From a virus, in IMG/VR virus record IMGVR_UViG_3300045988_178550, positions 1 through 59,576 of that record: DNA of 59,576 nucleotides. One strand, given 5' to 3'. A program made the translations under genes and the position numbers. Of this stretch, positions 36,130 to 44,054 are shown piece by piece. Within the stretch, counting starts at the first letter, position 1, and each line of letters starts with the position of its first letter. The notes below the pieces were generated by a model. That model had not been told where the DNA came from and searched no databases. It saw nothing but the letters and a program-made list of their open reading frames with translations.

Positions 36130-37049
36130 TTGTTTTCTTCCTTTCGTATTTGTTTTTTGATATTCATCCAACAATAGTTGAAATGAAATTTATCTAAGTC
36201 ACCAATATCTTTTATTGAATTTGGTAACTTAAATCGAATTACATCAAAATATTGTTTTAAGTATTCTGTTCCCTTTTCACCAGTTGGAGTATTATCTAAT
36301 GCAGATATTATTTTTGTGATTCCTTTTTGTTGAAGTTTTGAAATTTGTTCATCAGTTATTTTCCAACCAAGAATTGCAACTGAATTCTTAATTCCAAATT
36401 GTTGTAATTTTAACCAGTCCATATAACCTTCAGTTATTACAACATAATCATCAAAATAATTTCCAACCAATGTTCTTCTTCTACTAAAACCAAAGTTATA
36501 TAAATACTTCCTATCACTTGGAACAACTGCTCTTGATACATACCCTTTAAATTTTCCGTTATCAACCATTGGCATAATGATTGGATATGTATCATTATAA
36601 TTAATTCGAATATCACATTCTTGCATTACTTTTCTTGTGAACCCTCTTTTCAACATATACTTTAAAGCAGCTGTTTTCTTTTCATGTTTCCAATCCACAG
36701 TTGGTAAACTATAAAAGTAAATTTTTGCATCGTTTAAAGCTTCTTTATTTGTTTTTTTAGTTGATTGTTTTATAGTAATATTTTGTGTTTGTTTATTATA
36801 TATTATTTTATTATATATTATTATCGCTTTCAACGGAGAACATTTTTCAATTCTCCTAACGAATTCCAAAATATCACCTTTTGCTCCACAACCATAACAA
36901 TAAAAGTAATCTTTGTCAATATTTACTTGTAAGCTTGGTTTATCATCCCCATGGAATGGACATTTTATCTTGACCTTATCATAAACAGTATCATCAATTA
37001 GCTTGTAATGATATAAAACTTTTGCAAAATTTCTTGTTGGCTCATCCAT
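36126..37049 (-). CDS. dnaG: DnaG-type primase (CHC2 zinc finger + Toprim)
   Basis: CPFHGDDKPSLQV..YCYGCGAKGD zinc finger; ITEGYMD and SALDNTPTGEKG Toprim motifs. Confidence 0.8.
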   Translation of the reverse strand: MDEPTRNFAKVLYHYKLIDDTVYDKVKIKCPFHGDDKPSLQVNIDKDYFYCYGCGAKGDILEFVRRIEKCSPLKAIIIYNKIIYNKQTQNITIKQSTKKTNKEALNDAKIYFYSLPTVDWKHEKKTAALKYMLKRGFTRKVMQECDIRINYNDTYPIIMPMVDNGKFKGYVSRAVVPSDRKYLYNFGFSRRRTLVGNYFDDYVVITEGYMDWLKLQQFGIKNSVAILGWKITDEQISKLQQKGITKIISALDNTPTGEKGTEYLKQYFDVIRFKLPNSIKDIGDLDKFHFNYCWMNIKKQIRKEENK

Positions 37050-37564
37050 TATTTCTTTTTCCGACGAACAGTCAATGCTTGAACTTCTTTGATTGTATAT
37101 GCATCTTCTAAATCTTGAATTGTTACAATCCCATTTTTCAATGCATAATCAAGTTTTGTATCATTAACTGTTTCAACTTTTGTAATAATCTTTTTAAATT
37201 CTTTCTTTAATTCCGGATATCTTTTTAACAAATCTTTTAAACCATCAATATCACAAACATAAACAACATCAGCAATTTGAGCAATCTGCTTTTTATCTAA
37301 TTTCTGAAGTACTTTTGCATTATCAATATTCGCAGAAATTTTTGAAGTAAGAACTGCACTTAAGTTCTTTTCTCCACCATCATCTAACAAATACTCATAA
37401 ATGCCATTTTCATTCATATCACTTTTTAATTGATTCACATACTCCTTTTTTGCATCTGTTGCTTTATTAATTTCCTGAGTAACGTCCTCAATATTGACCA
37501 TTACTTTTGCAACAGCACTACCAACTTCAACACTTTTTACAATTTTCTTTTCTTCCATTTTCAT
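37049..37564 (-). CDS. hypothetical protein
   Basis: 171-aa ORF. Confidence 0.5.
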   Translation of the reverse strand: MKMEEKKIVKSVEVGSAVAKVMVNIEDVTQEINKATDAKKEYVNQLKSDMNENGIYEYLLDDGGEKNLSAVLTSKISANIDNAKVLQKLDKKQIAQIADVVYVCDIDGLKDLLKRYPELKKEFKKIITKVETVNDTKLDYALKNGIVTIQDLEDAYTIKEVQALTVRRKKK

Positions 37565-37579
37565 TCATCCTTTCGTTTG

Positions 37580-38083
37580 TTAATTAGCCAGACTATCAAT
37601 TTCATAATAATCTTTTATTGCCTCAGTTAAAGCTTTATATAAATATTTAACTGGGAAATTCTTTGCTTTATATGCTCTTAACATTGATTCAAAACATTCT
37701 TTAAGCGGAACTTCTAACCTTCCATGCCTTGTCCCTCTATCTTTAGTGTATGGTCTCAAAATATAAATATAACCATCCACATCATTCCCTTGGTCATCCC
37801 TTACTATAACTTTTTTCTTTGAGCATTTCCAATTACTTCTTGTATGAATGATTACATTTTCAAAATGTTCAAATTCTTCTTTTTTATAAAACTGAACCAA
37901 CAACCCATAAACTTTATCTTTAGGATTATTGGTTCGCTCAACGGTTGGATAGCCGAAAGTACAATCACCAATAAACAATAATTTTGCACCCTTTAATACC
38001 GCTCTCCTCTGAATCGAATGAGCTAAAAATAATGAATAAATTTTAGAATCCATGTGAGTATCAAATACGAATATTGGCTTCAT
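37580..38083 (-). CDS. possible gamma-glutamyl cyclotransferase (AIG2)-fold protein
   Basis: AVLKGAKLLF...GYPTVER...DKVYGLLVQF..EEFEHFE...DVDGYIYI loosely follows the GGCT pattern. Confidence 0.25.
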   Translation of the reverse strand: MKPIFVFDTHMDSKIYSLFLAHSIQRRAVLKGAKLLFIGDCTFGYPTVERTNNPKDKVYGLLVQFYKKEEFEHFENVIIHTRSNWKCSKKKVIVRDDQGNDVDGYIYILRPYTKDRGTRHGRLEVPLKECFESMLRAYKAKNFPVKYLYKALTEAIKDYYEIDSLAN

Positions 38084-38123
38084 TTGTTGGCCATCCCATT
38101 TATTTATTTTTGATTATGTTTAT

Positions 38124-38152
38124 ATTATATCACAATTATGTGTAAATGTAAA
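38124..38152 (-). promoter_or_regulatory. sigma70-type promoter (TTTACA-N17-TGATATAAT)
   Basis: Minus strand -35 at 38152-38147, -10 at 38129-38124. Confidence 0.6.
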
Positions 38153-38237
38153 TATATAAAATGAACTATTTTTCATACAAAAATAAAATATGTGTTTACC
38201 ATGTCTTTGCACGATAAACACATATAATATAAAATTA

Positions 38238-38708
38238 TTACATAACCACTTTGGTATAATATCTGAATGCTTTGCCAGGAGCAACATCCTTGTCCTCCAA
38301 CCATGCTTCAGTGGCTTTTACATATGAAGTTGTATCTTTTCCAAGTAACATCGACATATCTGAATAAAGCATATTCATAACATAATACCAATCCCAGCTA
38401 TTATAATCTTCATCAAATACAATTCCATGATTTTTAGCAGCACTTGTTGTTTGTTCATGGGTCCAATGTTCACCAGTTGTACCATCTGCATTTTGCATCT
38501 GTCCTACAGCCTTTTTAGCTAAACATTCATCAAAATGTTCACCATGAATTTCAACATAAACACAAGTCATAATATCTTCATACATGTCCTCGTTTAATGC
38601 TTTTATTACCATCATCTTTTCATCAAGCATTTCTGATAAATCGTAAATGATGTCATAAAAATCCGGACTTGATTTGATTTTCCTAATCAACTCATGAAAT
38701 TTATGCAT
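38238..38708 (-). CDS. hypothetical protein
   Basis: 156-aa ORF; HGEHFDECLAKKAVGQMQNADGTTGEHW segment. Confidence 0.5.
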   Translation of the reverse strand: MHKFHELIRKIKSSPDFYDIIYDLSEMLDEKMMVIKALNEDMYEDIMTCVYVEIHGEHFDECLAKKAVGQMQNADGTTGEHWTHEQTTSAAKNHGIVFDEDYNSWDWYYVMNMLYSDMSMLLGKDTTSYVKATEAWLEDKDVAPGKAFRYYTKVVM

Positions 38709-38721
38709 TTTACATCACCAC

Positions 38722-39147
38722 TTATGCTTCACGAATAACAATAATATTTGCATTATTTACTGTTGCTGCACCGGTAACCTGCACCTGTAAACTTGCCGTA
38801 TTGTCAATCACACATGGACAAGATTTTAATACCCTCAACAATGTTGAAATACTAATATGATAGCTATTCCCAGCAACAGCTAAAATTGTAGCTTGTGCAG
38901 AAGGAATAATCTCACCATTATTTAACAACTGAACAGTGATGTCTCCTTCAGCAGTTGGAACAATGTTCAAATCAACAAATATAGAATAAATGCCACAACC
39001 TTTAACTAAAACAGCATTAGACCCACTTACATGGTTTAATACTTTGCAATTTGTTAAAATTCGATTAGTGTCAAAATCAACAAATCCATCTGCTGTAACA
39101 GTTTGTGAAGCAGTATTTATTGCATTTAATAATGCATTGCACATCAT
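38722..39147 (-). CDS. BclA-C/ExsF-like (C1q/TNF-type jelly-roll) protein
   Basis: 141 aa; GCGIYSIFVDLNIVPTAEGDITVQLLNNGEIIPSAQA...LQVQVTG...ANIIVIRE resembles exosporium BxpB/BclA C-domain strand layout. Confidence 0.35.
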   Translation of the reverse strand: MMCNALLNAINTASQTVTADGFVDFDTNRILTNCKVLNHVSGSNAVLVKGCGIYSIFVDLNIVPTAEGDITVQLLNNGEIIPSAQATILAVAGNSYHISISTLLRVLKSCPCVIDNTASLQVQVTGAATVNNANIIVIREA

Positions 39148-39204
39148 AATTACCTCCTTTTGATAATATAGGGCGGATTATTTCCGCCCCATTTATCTAA
39201 TTAA

Positions 39205-39903
39205 TTAGCAACCACAACCATTGTTGCAACCATATCCACAACCATTACCATAATAACCTACTGCCTGATAAGGGCTACAAGTAATATATGCAGGCTGAGG
39301 GAAAGGTCTTAATGTGCCAATAATATTAGCACTTTGTGCCTGCTGGCTAAGCTGGAAGTTTGCAGTTTGCAATTCCCTATCACGATCAGCAAGCTTATCA
39401 CGCAAGTTCTGCATAGTATTGCTATTAATTAATGCACGAGTTGCTTCAGCTTCTGCATGAATTGCAGTAGTGATTTCACAAGTGTTCTTGTAGTTTTCTG
39501 CACGAACAGCATCAATATTGCGATTAGTTTCGCAGCAGCATTGCTGTGCGGCAAAGCGACTTTCTGCGATTGCAGCATTAGTCTGGTTGAATCCTTGACA
39601 CAGACCCATTTGTAAAGCGCCAGTAGATTCACAGATATCTTTTTGGATACCGAAATTCTGATTAGCGAGTTGGTTAAAACCACGGTCGATAGTGTTGTTC
39701 AGGTTAGTGTACAAAAATTCATTAGTTAAGGTGTTTACCGCACCATTAGCGCCACCACCAAAACCGCCGAAGCCACCGCCCCATGCGAGTAAGAAAAATA
39801 ACATTACTACCCACATCCAGCCAGCTCCACCACCCATGAAGCCATCGCCATCAGATTTGTTCATGTCATAGACAGGAACCATTTGAGCACCTTCGAATGC
39901 CAT
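39205..39903 (-). CDS. Gly/Cys-rich membrane protein
   Basis: YjcZ-like GGGAGWMWVVMLFFLLAWGGGFGGFGGG TM, central CCC and coiled coil, C-terminal GNGCGYGCNNGCGC; visibly higher GC than its neighbours. Confidence 0.55.
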   Translation of the reverse strand: MAFEGAQMVPVYDMNKSDGDGFMGGGAGWMWVVMLFFLLAWGGGFGGFGGGANGAVNTLTNEFLYTNLNNTIDRGFNQLANQNFGIQKDICESTGALQMGLCQGFNQTNAAIAESRFAAQQCCCETNRNIDAVRAENYKNTCEITTAIHAEAEATRALINSNTMQNLRDKLADRDRELQTANFQLSQQAQSANIIGTLRPFPQPAYITCSPYQAVGYYGNGCGYGCNNGCGC

Positions 39904-39956
39904 GATAAAACACTTCCTTTAATTTATTAAATCAAAATCTTTAGGTGCGCACCTTT

Positions 39957-40190
39957 TTAGATTTTAATTCCAAAATTACTTAAAACTCCCATAATTTGTT
40001 TAGGATCAATACCTTGAGTTTTAGCTAAATTAAAAGCTGTTTCTTTTAATTGATCCGGAGTTTTGCCTTGTGCCATTTTCATGGCCTGTTGAAATTTAGG
40101 GTCATTTCCGAACATGTGCTGCATTGCCGTTTGAGGATTTTGCATTTGCCGGAGTTGGTTGAATGCTTGCATCATTTGCATTAGATTCAT
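39957..40190 (-). CDS. small Gln/Met-rich protein
   Basis: 77 aa; GGAGG SD. Confidence 0.5.
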   Translation of the reverse strand: MNLMQMMQAFNQLRQMQNPQTAMQHMFGNDPKFQQAMKMAQGKTPDQLKETAFNLAKTQGIDPKQIMGVLSNFGIKI

Positions 40191-40620
40191 TTTGCTGACC
40201 TCCTAACTGATTTAAGAAATTTTCTATATTCTGTACCCGCTGATTTAAACCATTAAAATCATTAGATGTTACATATTCAATCTTATTTTCTTGGGGATTT
40301 ACTAACTTATAAGTTTTTAATTCGGCTAAACCATTCATACTCAATTGTTTTGTATAAATTTCACCATCTTGAATATTCACAAATACACTCATAGATCCAT
40401 CTAAAGCAATTCTAGCGGCTTTAGCTTCTTCTAAACAAGTAACAGGAACTGCTGATATAAATGATTGCATTTGTTGTGGCTGTTCTACTTGTCCGAACAT
40501 ATTTGGAACTTGAGGATTTATGGCTCTCTGCATTTGCTGAACTTGTTGCATACGATTATAACCATAATTAGGATTTGTCATTGGATTATTCATAGGATTC
40601 ATATAATTATCGGGATACAT
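40102..40620 (-). CDS. protein with N/Q/M/P-rich low-complexity N-terminus
   Basis: 172 aa; strong GGTAGGAGG SD; overlaps the next gene by 89 nt. Confidence 0.5.
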   Translation of the reverse strand: MYPDNYMNPMNNPMTNPNYGYNRMQQVQQMQRAINPQVPNMFGQVEQPQQMQSFISAVPVTCLEEAKAARIALDGSMSVFVNIQDGEIYTKQLSMNGLAELKTYKLVNPQENKIEYVTSNDFNGLNQRVQNIENFLNQLGGQQNESNANDASIQPTPANAKSSNGNAAHVRK

Positions 40621-40716
40621 ACATTTGTCCTCCTACCGCCGCCACCATATTTGGTTGATATTAAACTTTTTTGTAGTGGCGCATGGTTTATTACCTGTAA
40701 TTATTGTAACAAAAAT

Positions 40717-40754
40717 AAACCGCCCACACATATCCTAAATTGTGTAGACGGTTT
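40717..40754 (-). terminator. rho-independent terminator
   Basis: Minus strand AAACCGTCTACACA-loop-TGTGTGGGCGGTTT (14-bp stem, 2 G-U) followed by ATTTTTGTT. Confidence 0.7.
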
Positions 40755-40771
40755 GTCTGTTTATTCCCTTG

Positions 40772-41071
40772 CTATTGTTTTTGCAATAGGAGCTCAATAT
40801 ATGGTTTTACTTCGTCCGGAATTAATTCCTTTTCATTGCTAATAATGGTTTGTAATTCCTTTTTGGCATTCCATAAGGCTTTGCCTACTGAAGAACTTTC
40901 AATTCCTAAGTCGTCGGCTATCTCATAATATGATTTACCCTCAATATAAAACTTCCATAAAAGTAATTCACTTTTTGTTTTCAAGCCAGTCCCTTTTATA
41001 ATCACCTTTAGTGCAATTAAAGATAACGTTTTAAGTCTTTTATTGAAATCTGATTCAGTCATTAGCTCCAA
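40772..41071 (-). CDS. sigma-70 region-4-like HTH protein (candidate late regulator)
   Basis: ELLLWKFYIEGKSYYEIADDLGIESSSVGKALWNAKKEL fits the region-4 pattern. Confidence 0.55.
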   Translation of the reverse strand: MELMTESDFNKRLKTLSLIALKVIIKGTGLKTKSELLLWKFYIEGKSYYEIADDLGIESSSVGKALWNAKKELQTIISNEKELIPDEVKPYIELLLQKQ

Positions 41072-41435
41072 ATACCCGCCAAGCTGTTATAATTCCTCCA
41101 ACTAGACCACCTATAATTAAAGTTAGTATTGTATTGACAATTACTCTCTTATAATTATAGTAGTCCTTTAAATCTTTCATTTGATATTCTTCAAAATCTC
41201 GTTTTAAAGAACCTATACGTCCATGGAGAATTTCTTGATCTTTATTTAATCTAGATTCTAATTTATCAAATAATTTTAAAATAGTAACGACATTAAAGTT
41301 TATCTCTTGCACATCTTTACAGGTTTGACGGAATTGTTCTTCAAATAATTCTGACCGTTTTTCGTATCTATCACAACGGCTTTCTAAAGTTTTAATCCTT
41401 TGTAATAGTTCTGCAATTACCTTTTCATTTTCCAT
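41055..41435 (-). CDS. XhlA-like coiled-coil protein with C-terminal TM
   Basis: N-terminal heptads, C-terminal TILTLIIGGLVGGIITAW; PBSX XhlA architecture; lysis module. Confidence 0.45.
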   Translation of the reverse strand: MENEKVIAELLQRIKTLESRCDRYEKRSELFEEQFRQTCKDVQEINFNVVTILKLFDKLESRLNKDQEILHGRIGSLKRDFEEYQMKDLKDYYNYKRVIVNTILTLIIGGLVGGIITAWRVFGAND

Positions 41436-41769
41436 TTATTGTTGCTCCGTTACTTCTGTCCATAATAACACTGTTTCCAGCATCGGAAATAGTATCAGAT
41501 TCTTCCGTAACAGTTCTTACAATACCTTGTTCATAAGTAAAATATTCTTTAGCAATAAGCACCGACGAAATACCCAATGCACAGGCACAAAAAAAGATGC
41601 AACAGAGAAAACCAATGACTAAAATTTTTAAAAGTCCTAATAATTTTACATTATAGTCCCGATAAATTTGAGCGTCTTTTGCTTTTTTATCTATTTCATC
41701 TTGTCTTTGCATTAACCTCTCTAGATACTTATCTAGGTGCTGCAAATCTTTATCATTTGGATTTTCCAT
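41425..41769 (-). CDS. membrane protein
   Basis: 114 aa with a central TM LLKILVIGFLCCIFFCACALGISSVLI. Confidence 0.5.
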   Translation of the reverse strand: MENPNDKDLQHLDKYLERLMQRQDEIDKKAKDAQIYRDYNVKLLGLLKILVIGFLCCIFFCACALGISSVLIAKEYFTYEQGIVRTVTEESDTISDAGNSVIMDRSNGATINGK

Positions 41770-41778
41770 TACATCCTC

Positions 41779-42198
41779 CTAGGATATCGCAATTAATAAA
41801 ACAGTACCAAGTCCAATATACAATAAAGTTTTTTCAGCTTTTAATTGTTTAATCTTCTTTTTGTATTCTTTGGACTCCTGTTCTAAAGTCTGATTGCAAC
41901 TCTCTAAGTATTTGATTTTGTTGTCGTAAGATGTCTTCAACATCGTTTGCTGTTTTTCCAATGTTATTACTGACTGATTGGCTTTCTGTAAGTTGTTGTT
42001 TAATTCCGTCCGTTGTTTTTTCAACGTCAGAATTTTGTTTATCGATTGTTCGTTTAGGGATATCGCTTGCGCTATTTGTTGTTCTTGCATTTCGAATTTC
42101 TTCGCTGGAACTAAATAATAATCCTGTGCATAAGCCTGCTGACATAAACCCAATGGTAAACCAAACAACAAAAGCATGAAAAATATTTTTCTTTTCAT
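41779..42198 (-). CDS. signal-peptide, coiled-coil, C-terminal-TM protein (spanin-like architecture)
   Basis: MKRKIFFMLLLFGLPLGLCQQAYA-Q signal (AxA), Q/K-rich coil, LLYIGLGTVLLIAIS anchor; stop overlaps the next SD. Confidence 0.5.
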   Translation of the reverse strand: MKRKIFFMLLLFGLPLGLCQQAYAQDYYLVPAKKFEMQEQQIAQAISLNEQSINKILTLKKQRTELNNNLQKANQSVITLEKQQTMLKTSYDNKIKYLESCNQTLEQESKEYKKKIKQLKAEKTLLYIGLGTVLLIAIS

Positions 42199-42318
42199 TT
42201 ACCATTGCTTCCAAGTAAAGTAAACTCCGATTGCAAATCCAAGTCCAAAGGAGATCAGTTTTGGATAACGATTAAAAGTAGCTTTTATTTTATCAAAAAA
42301 TTCTTTAATTTCTTCCAT
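42199..42318 (-). CDS. 39-aa membrane peptide, below the track threshold
   Basis: Own translation: MEEIKEFFDKIKATFNRYPKLISFGLGFAIGVYFTWKQW; GAGGAGG SD; its TAA abuts the next ATG. Confidence 0.45.
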   Translation of the reverse strand: MEEIKEFFDKIKATFNRYPKLISFGLGFAIGVYFTWKQW

Positions 42319-42331
42319 TTTAGATTCCTCC

Positions 42332-42874
42332 TCAATTATTTTGTTTCCAGATTGCCAATCCACGAATTACATCGCCGCCGGGCTGATCTTTTCTACCTGT
42401 TCCGGGATCGTCTAAAAGAAGTAAATCCCATCTTAAATCCGGATCATTACCATAAAGACCATAACCATCAATATTAGCGATTTCTGCATGAGTCATAACA
42501 TGCTCCGAATCTATTGGAATTTCTAGAACAGTTGCTATAAAACAAATTACCTCAGCTAACCGTTCGACTTGAATTGGTGTTGGTGGATAACCATTCCAAT
42601 TAATTCTTTCAGGATATTTGTAAACAGTCGCCCCATAAGCACAACATAAAGCGATTCCAATAGCATTGCTGTTTCGATGCCATGTATGCTCTTTGTAGTC
42701 TGTAAGTTCACCATTAATACGAACAGTTCCATCACTTTCAATACAAATATGATAATGTTCTTTTTCAACACTATTCATTTTGTATAATCCACCTGTATGA
42801 TGACAATAGATTCGATTAATACCATTATTTTTAGCCCTTTCGGCAAGTGCAATGATTTCATTTATTGTTGTCAT
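42332..42874 (-). CDS. N-acetylmuramoyl-L-alanine amidase (Amidase_2/PGRP) endolysin, catalytic domain only
   Basis: IYCHHTGG, HTWHRNSNAIGIAL, MTHAEI motifs; start at ATG 42874 (AGGAGGA SD). Confidence 0.75.
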   Translation of the reverse strand: MTTINEIIALAERAKNNGINRIYCHHTGGLYKMNSVEKEHYHICIESDGTVRINGELTDYKEHTWHRNSNAIGIALCCAYGATVYKYPERINWNGYPPTPIQVERLAEVICFIATVLEIPIDSEHVMTHAEIANIDGYGLYGNDPDLRWDLLLLDDPGTGRKDQPGGDVIRGLAIWKQNN

Positions 42875-43187
42875 TAGTATTGTCCTCCTTTTCTTCAAGA
42901 ATATCTGCTATGCCATTTTGATTTTTATCAATAAATAATTTTGCTAAAAATGTAATGGCATAAACAGTCGACCCACTTACAAAAAAGGTCAAGAATGAAA
43001 TGATTATTGGCAAGTCTGCCTCGTTTGTTACTTTTAGGTTGTGTATCCAACCATAAACAAACATTGCAGTAAAGCCGAGATACACCATTATAAGGTAGAA
43101 AGCTATATACTTAATGTATTTATTCCCTATTAATTGTGGTGTATTTTCAACTAATTTTTTAAACCAATTAAGTATCTTGTCTTTCAT
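42858..43187 (-). CDS. holin-like membrane protein
   Basis: 109 aa with 2-3 TM segments and a charged C-terminus, immediately upstream of the endolysin. Confidence 0.6.
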   Translation of the reverse strand: MKDKILNWFKKLVENTPQLIGNKYIKYIAFYLIMVYLGFTAMFVYGWIHNLKVTNEADLPIIISFLTFFVSGSTVYAITFLAKLFIDKNQNGIADILEEKEDNTNDNNK

Positions 43188-43201
43188 CTTATCCTCCTTT
43201 A

Positions 43202-43230
43202 ATTATAATACATTATTTTTATTTTGTCAA
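43202..43230 (-). promoter_or_regulatory. perfect consensus sigma70 promoter (TTGACA-N17-TATAAT)
   Basis: Minus strand TTGACA at 43230-43225, 17-nt spacer, TATAAT at 43207-43202; leader to the holin ATG would be only about 8-10 nt. Confidence 0.55.
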
Positions 43231-43232
43231 AC

Positions 43233-43267
43233 CACCATAGGAGCTAGCTTAGAGGCTAGTATTCCTA
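43233..43267. repeat. left arm of a perfect 35-bp inverted repeat
   Basis: CACCATAGGAGCTAGCTTAGAGGCTAGTATTCCTA; the exact reverse complement is at 43952-43986. Confidence 0.95.
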
Positions 43268-43623
43268 CGACTGAAACATATTTAGTCAATATCAATGAAG
43301 ATTACACCACAGTAAACGAAACGAGAACAGTTCATATTCCATCAGGCGTTAAAGTATTAAAAGTAAGAGTCTATTCCGAAAGTGGTGCAGGTGGAGATGA
43401 TTTCTGTGCTGCATATGTTCAAAATGCCGACAATAAGAAAGTTTGGGTAATTGCTGAAAACTATGGTTCTTGTGATGAAACTAAATATGTCGGCGTAACA
43501 GGCGGGAAAGATTATAAATTAAATTTATATGCTGGCACTGAATATGATACAATGGCAGCATTAATACGAATTTCATATTCACAGTCGATTAATAATACAA
43601 CTCCCCGTGTAACAGATTATTAG
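43233..43623 (+). other. start-less (silent) paralog cassette D, inverted relative to all other genes
   Basis: Encodes TIGASLEASIPTTETYLVN...ISYSQSINNTTPRVTDY but lacks the MALTDNPM head, SD and ATG; the upstream part of track ORF 43114.. is antisense to holin. Confidence 0.8.
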
Positions 43624-44033
43624 TAATCTGTAACTTCTACTGCGTGTGAATTGATAGTAGGCGACCATTCGAGTTTAAAATTCAACTTAGTGTAATCAGT
43701 ATTAACATCTAAATTGCCTATAGTATAATCAATCCAATATTTATTATTGTTAGCATTATACAACAAGTATTCTTCACCTTCTCCATAATTATATTCAGTC
43801 CAATTAGAATACAATTTATAGGATTTATTGGGTGTTACACCTACATACGTAATCAAACTTAAATATCCAGATTGATTAAATGAAGCCCTTAATACTGTTA
43901 TTCCTGCGGGAACTGTAAAGGTACTGCCATGTGCTAAAGTAACTTCCCCACTAGGAATACTAGCCTCTAAGCTAGCTCCTATGGTGACATTGCCTGTCAC
44001 GATAATTGACATTGGATTATCAGTTAAAGCCAT
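43620..44033 (-). CDS. cassette-family protein C (expressed copy at the invertible locus)
   Basis: MALTDNPMSIIVTGNVTIGASLEASIP head, divergent body, VTDY end; stop overlaps the stop of cassette D. Confidence 0.7.
   Translation of the reverse strand: MALTDNPMSIIVTGNVTIGASLEASIPSGEVTLAHGSTFTVPAGITVLRASFNQSGYLSLITYVGVTPNKSYKLYSNWTEYNYGEGEEYLLYNANNNKYWIDYTIGNLDVNTDYTKLNFKLEWSPTINSHAVEVTDY
43952..43986. repeat. right arm of the perfect 35-bp inverted repeat
   Basis: TAGGAATACTAGCCTCTAAGCTAGCTCCTATGGTG on the plus strand. Confidence 0.95.
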
Positions 44034-44054
44034 AATATACGGCAGATTTTGAGT

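Noticed and set aside
41849-42214. 121-codon ORF fully embedded in another frame of the 139-aa coiled-coil lysis gene (Rz/Rz1-like idea)
   Set aside because: The host frame is Q/K/E-rich (purine-rich, few T), which keeps the shifted frame open by composition alone. There is no convincing SD or lipobox (AGLC/LGLC do not fit L-[AS]-[GA]-C). The 139-aa frame is the one coupled to both neighbours. It is kept only as a remark under the lysis finding.
43114-43232. N-terminal 40 codons of track ORF 43114-43623 (plus strand)
   Set aside because: This part is antisense to the holin start, its SD and the consensus promoter. Family similarity begins only at 43233, so the cassette is treated as start-less rather than as a 169-aa gene.
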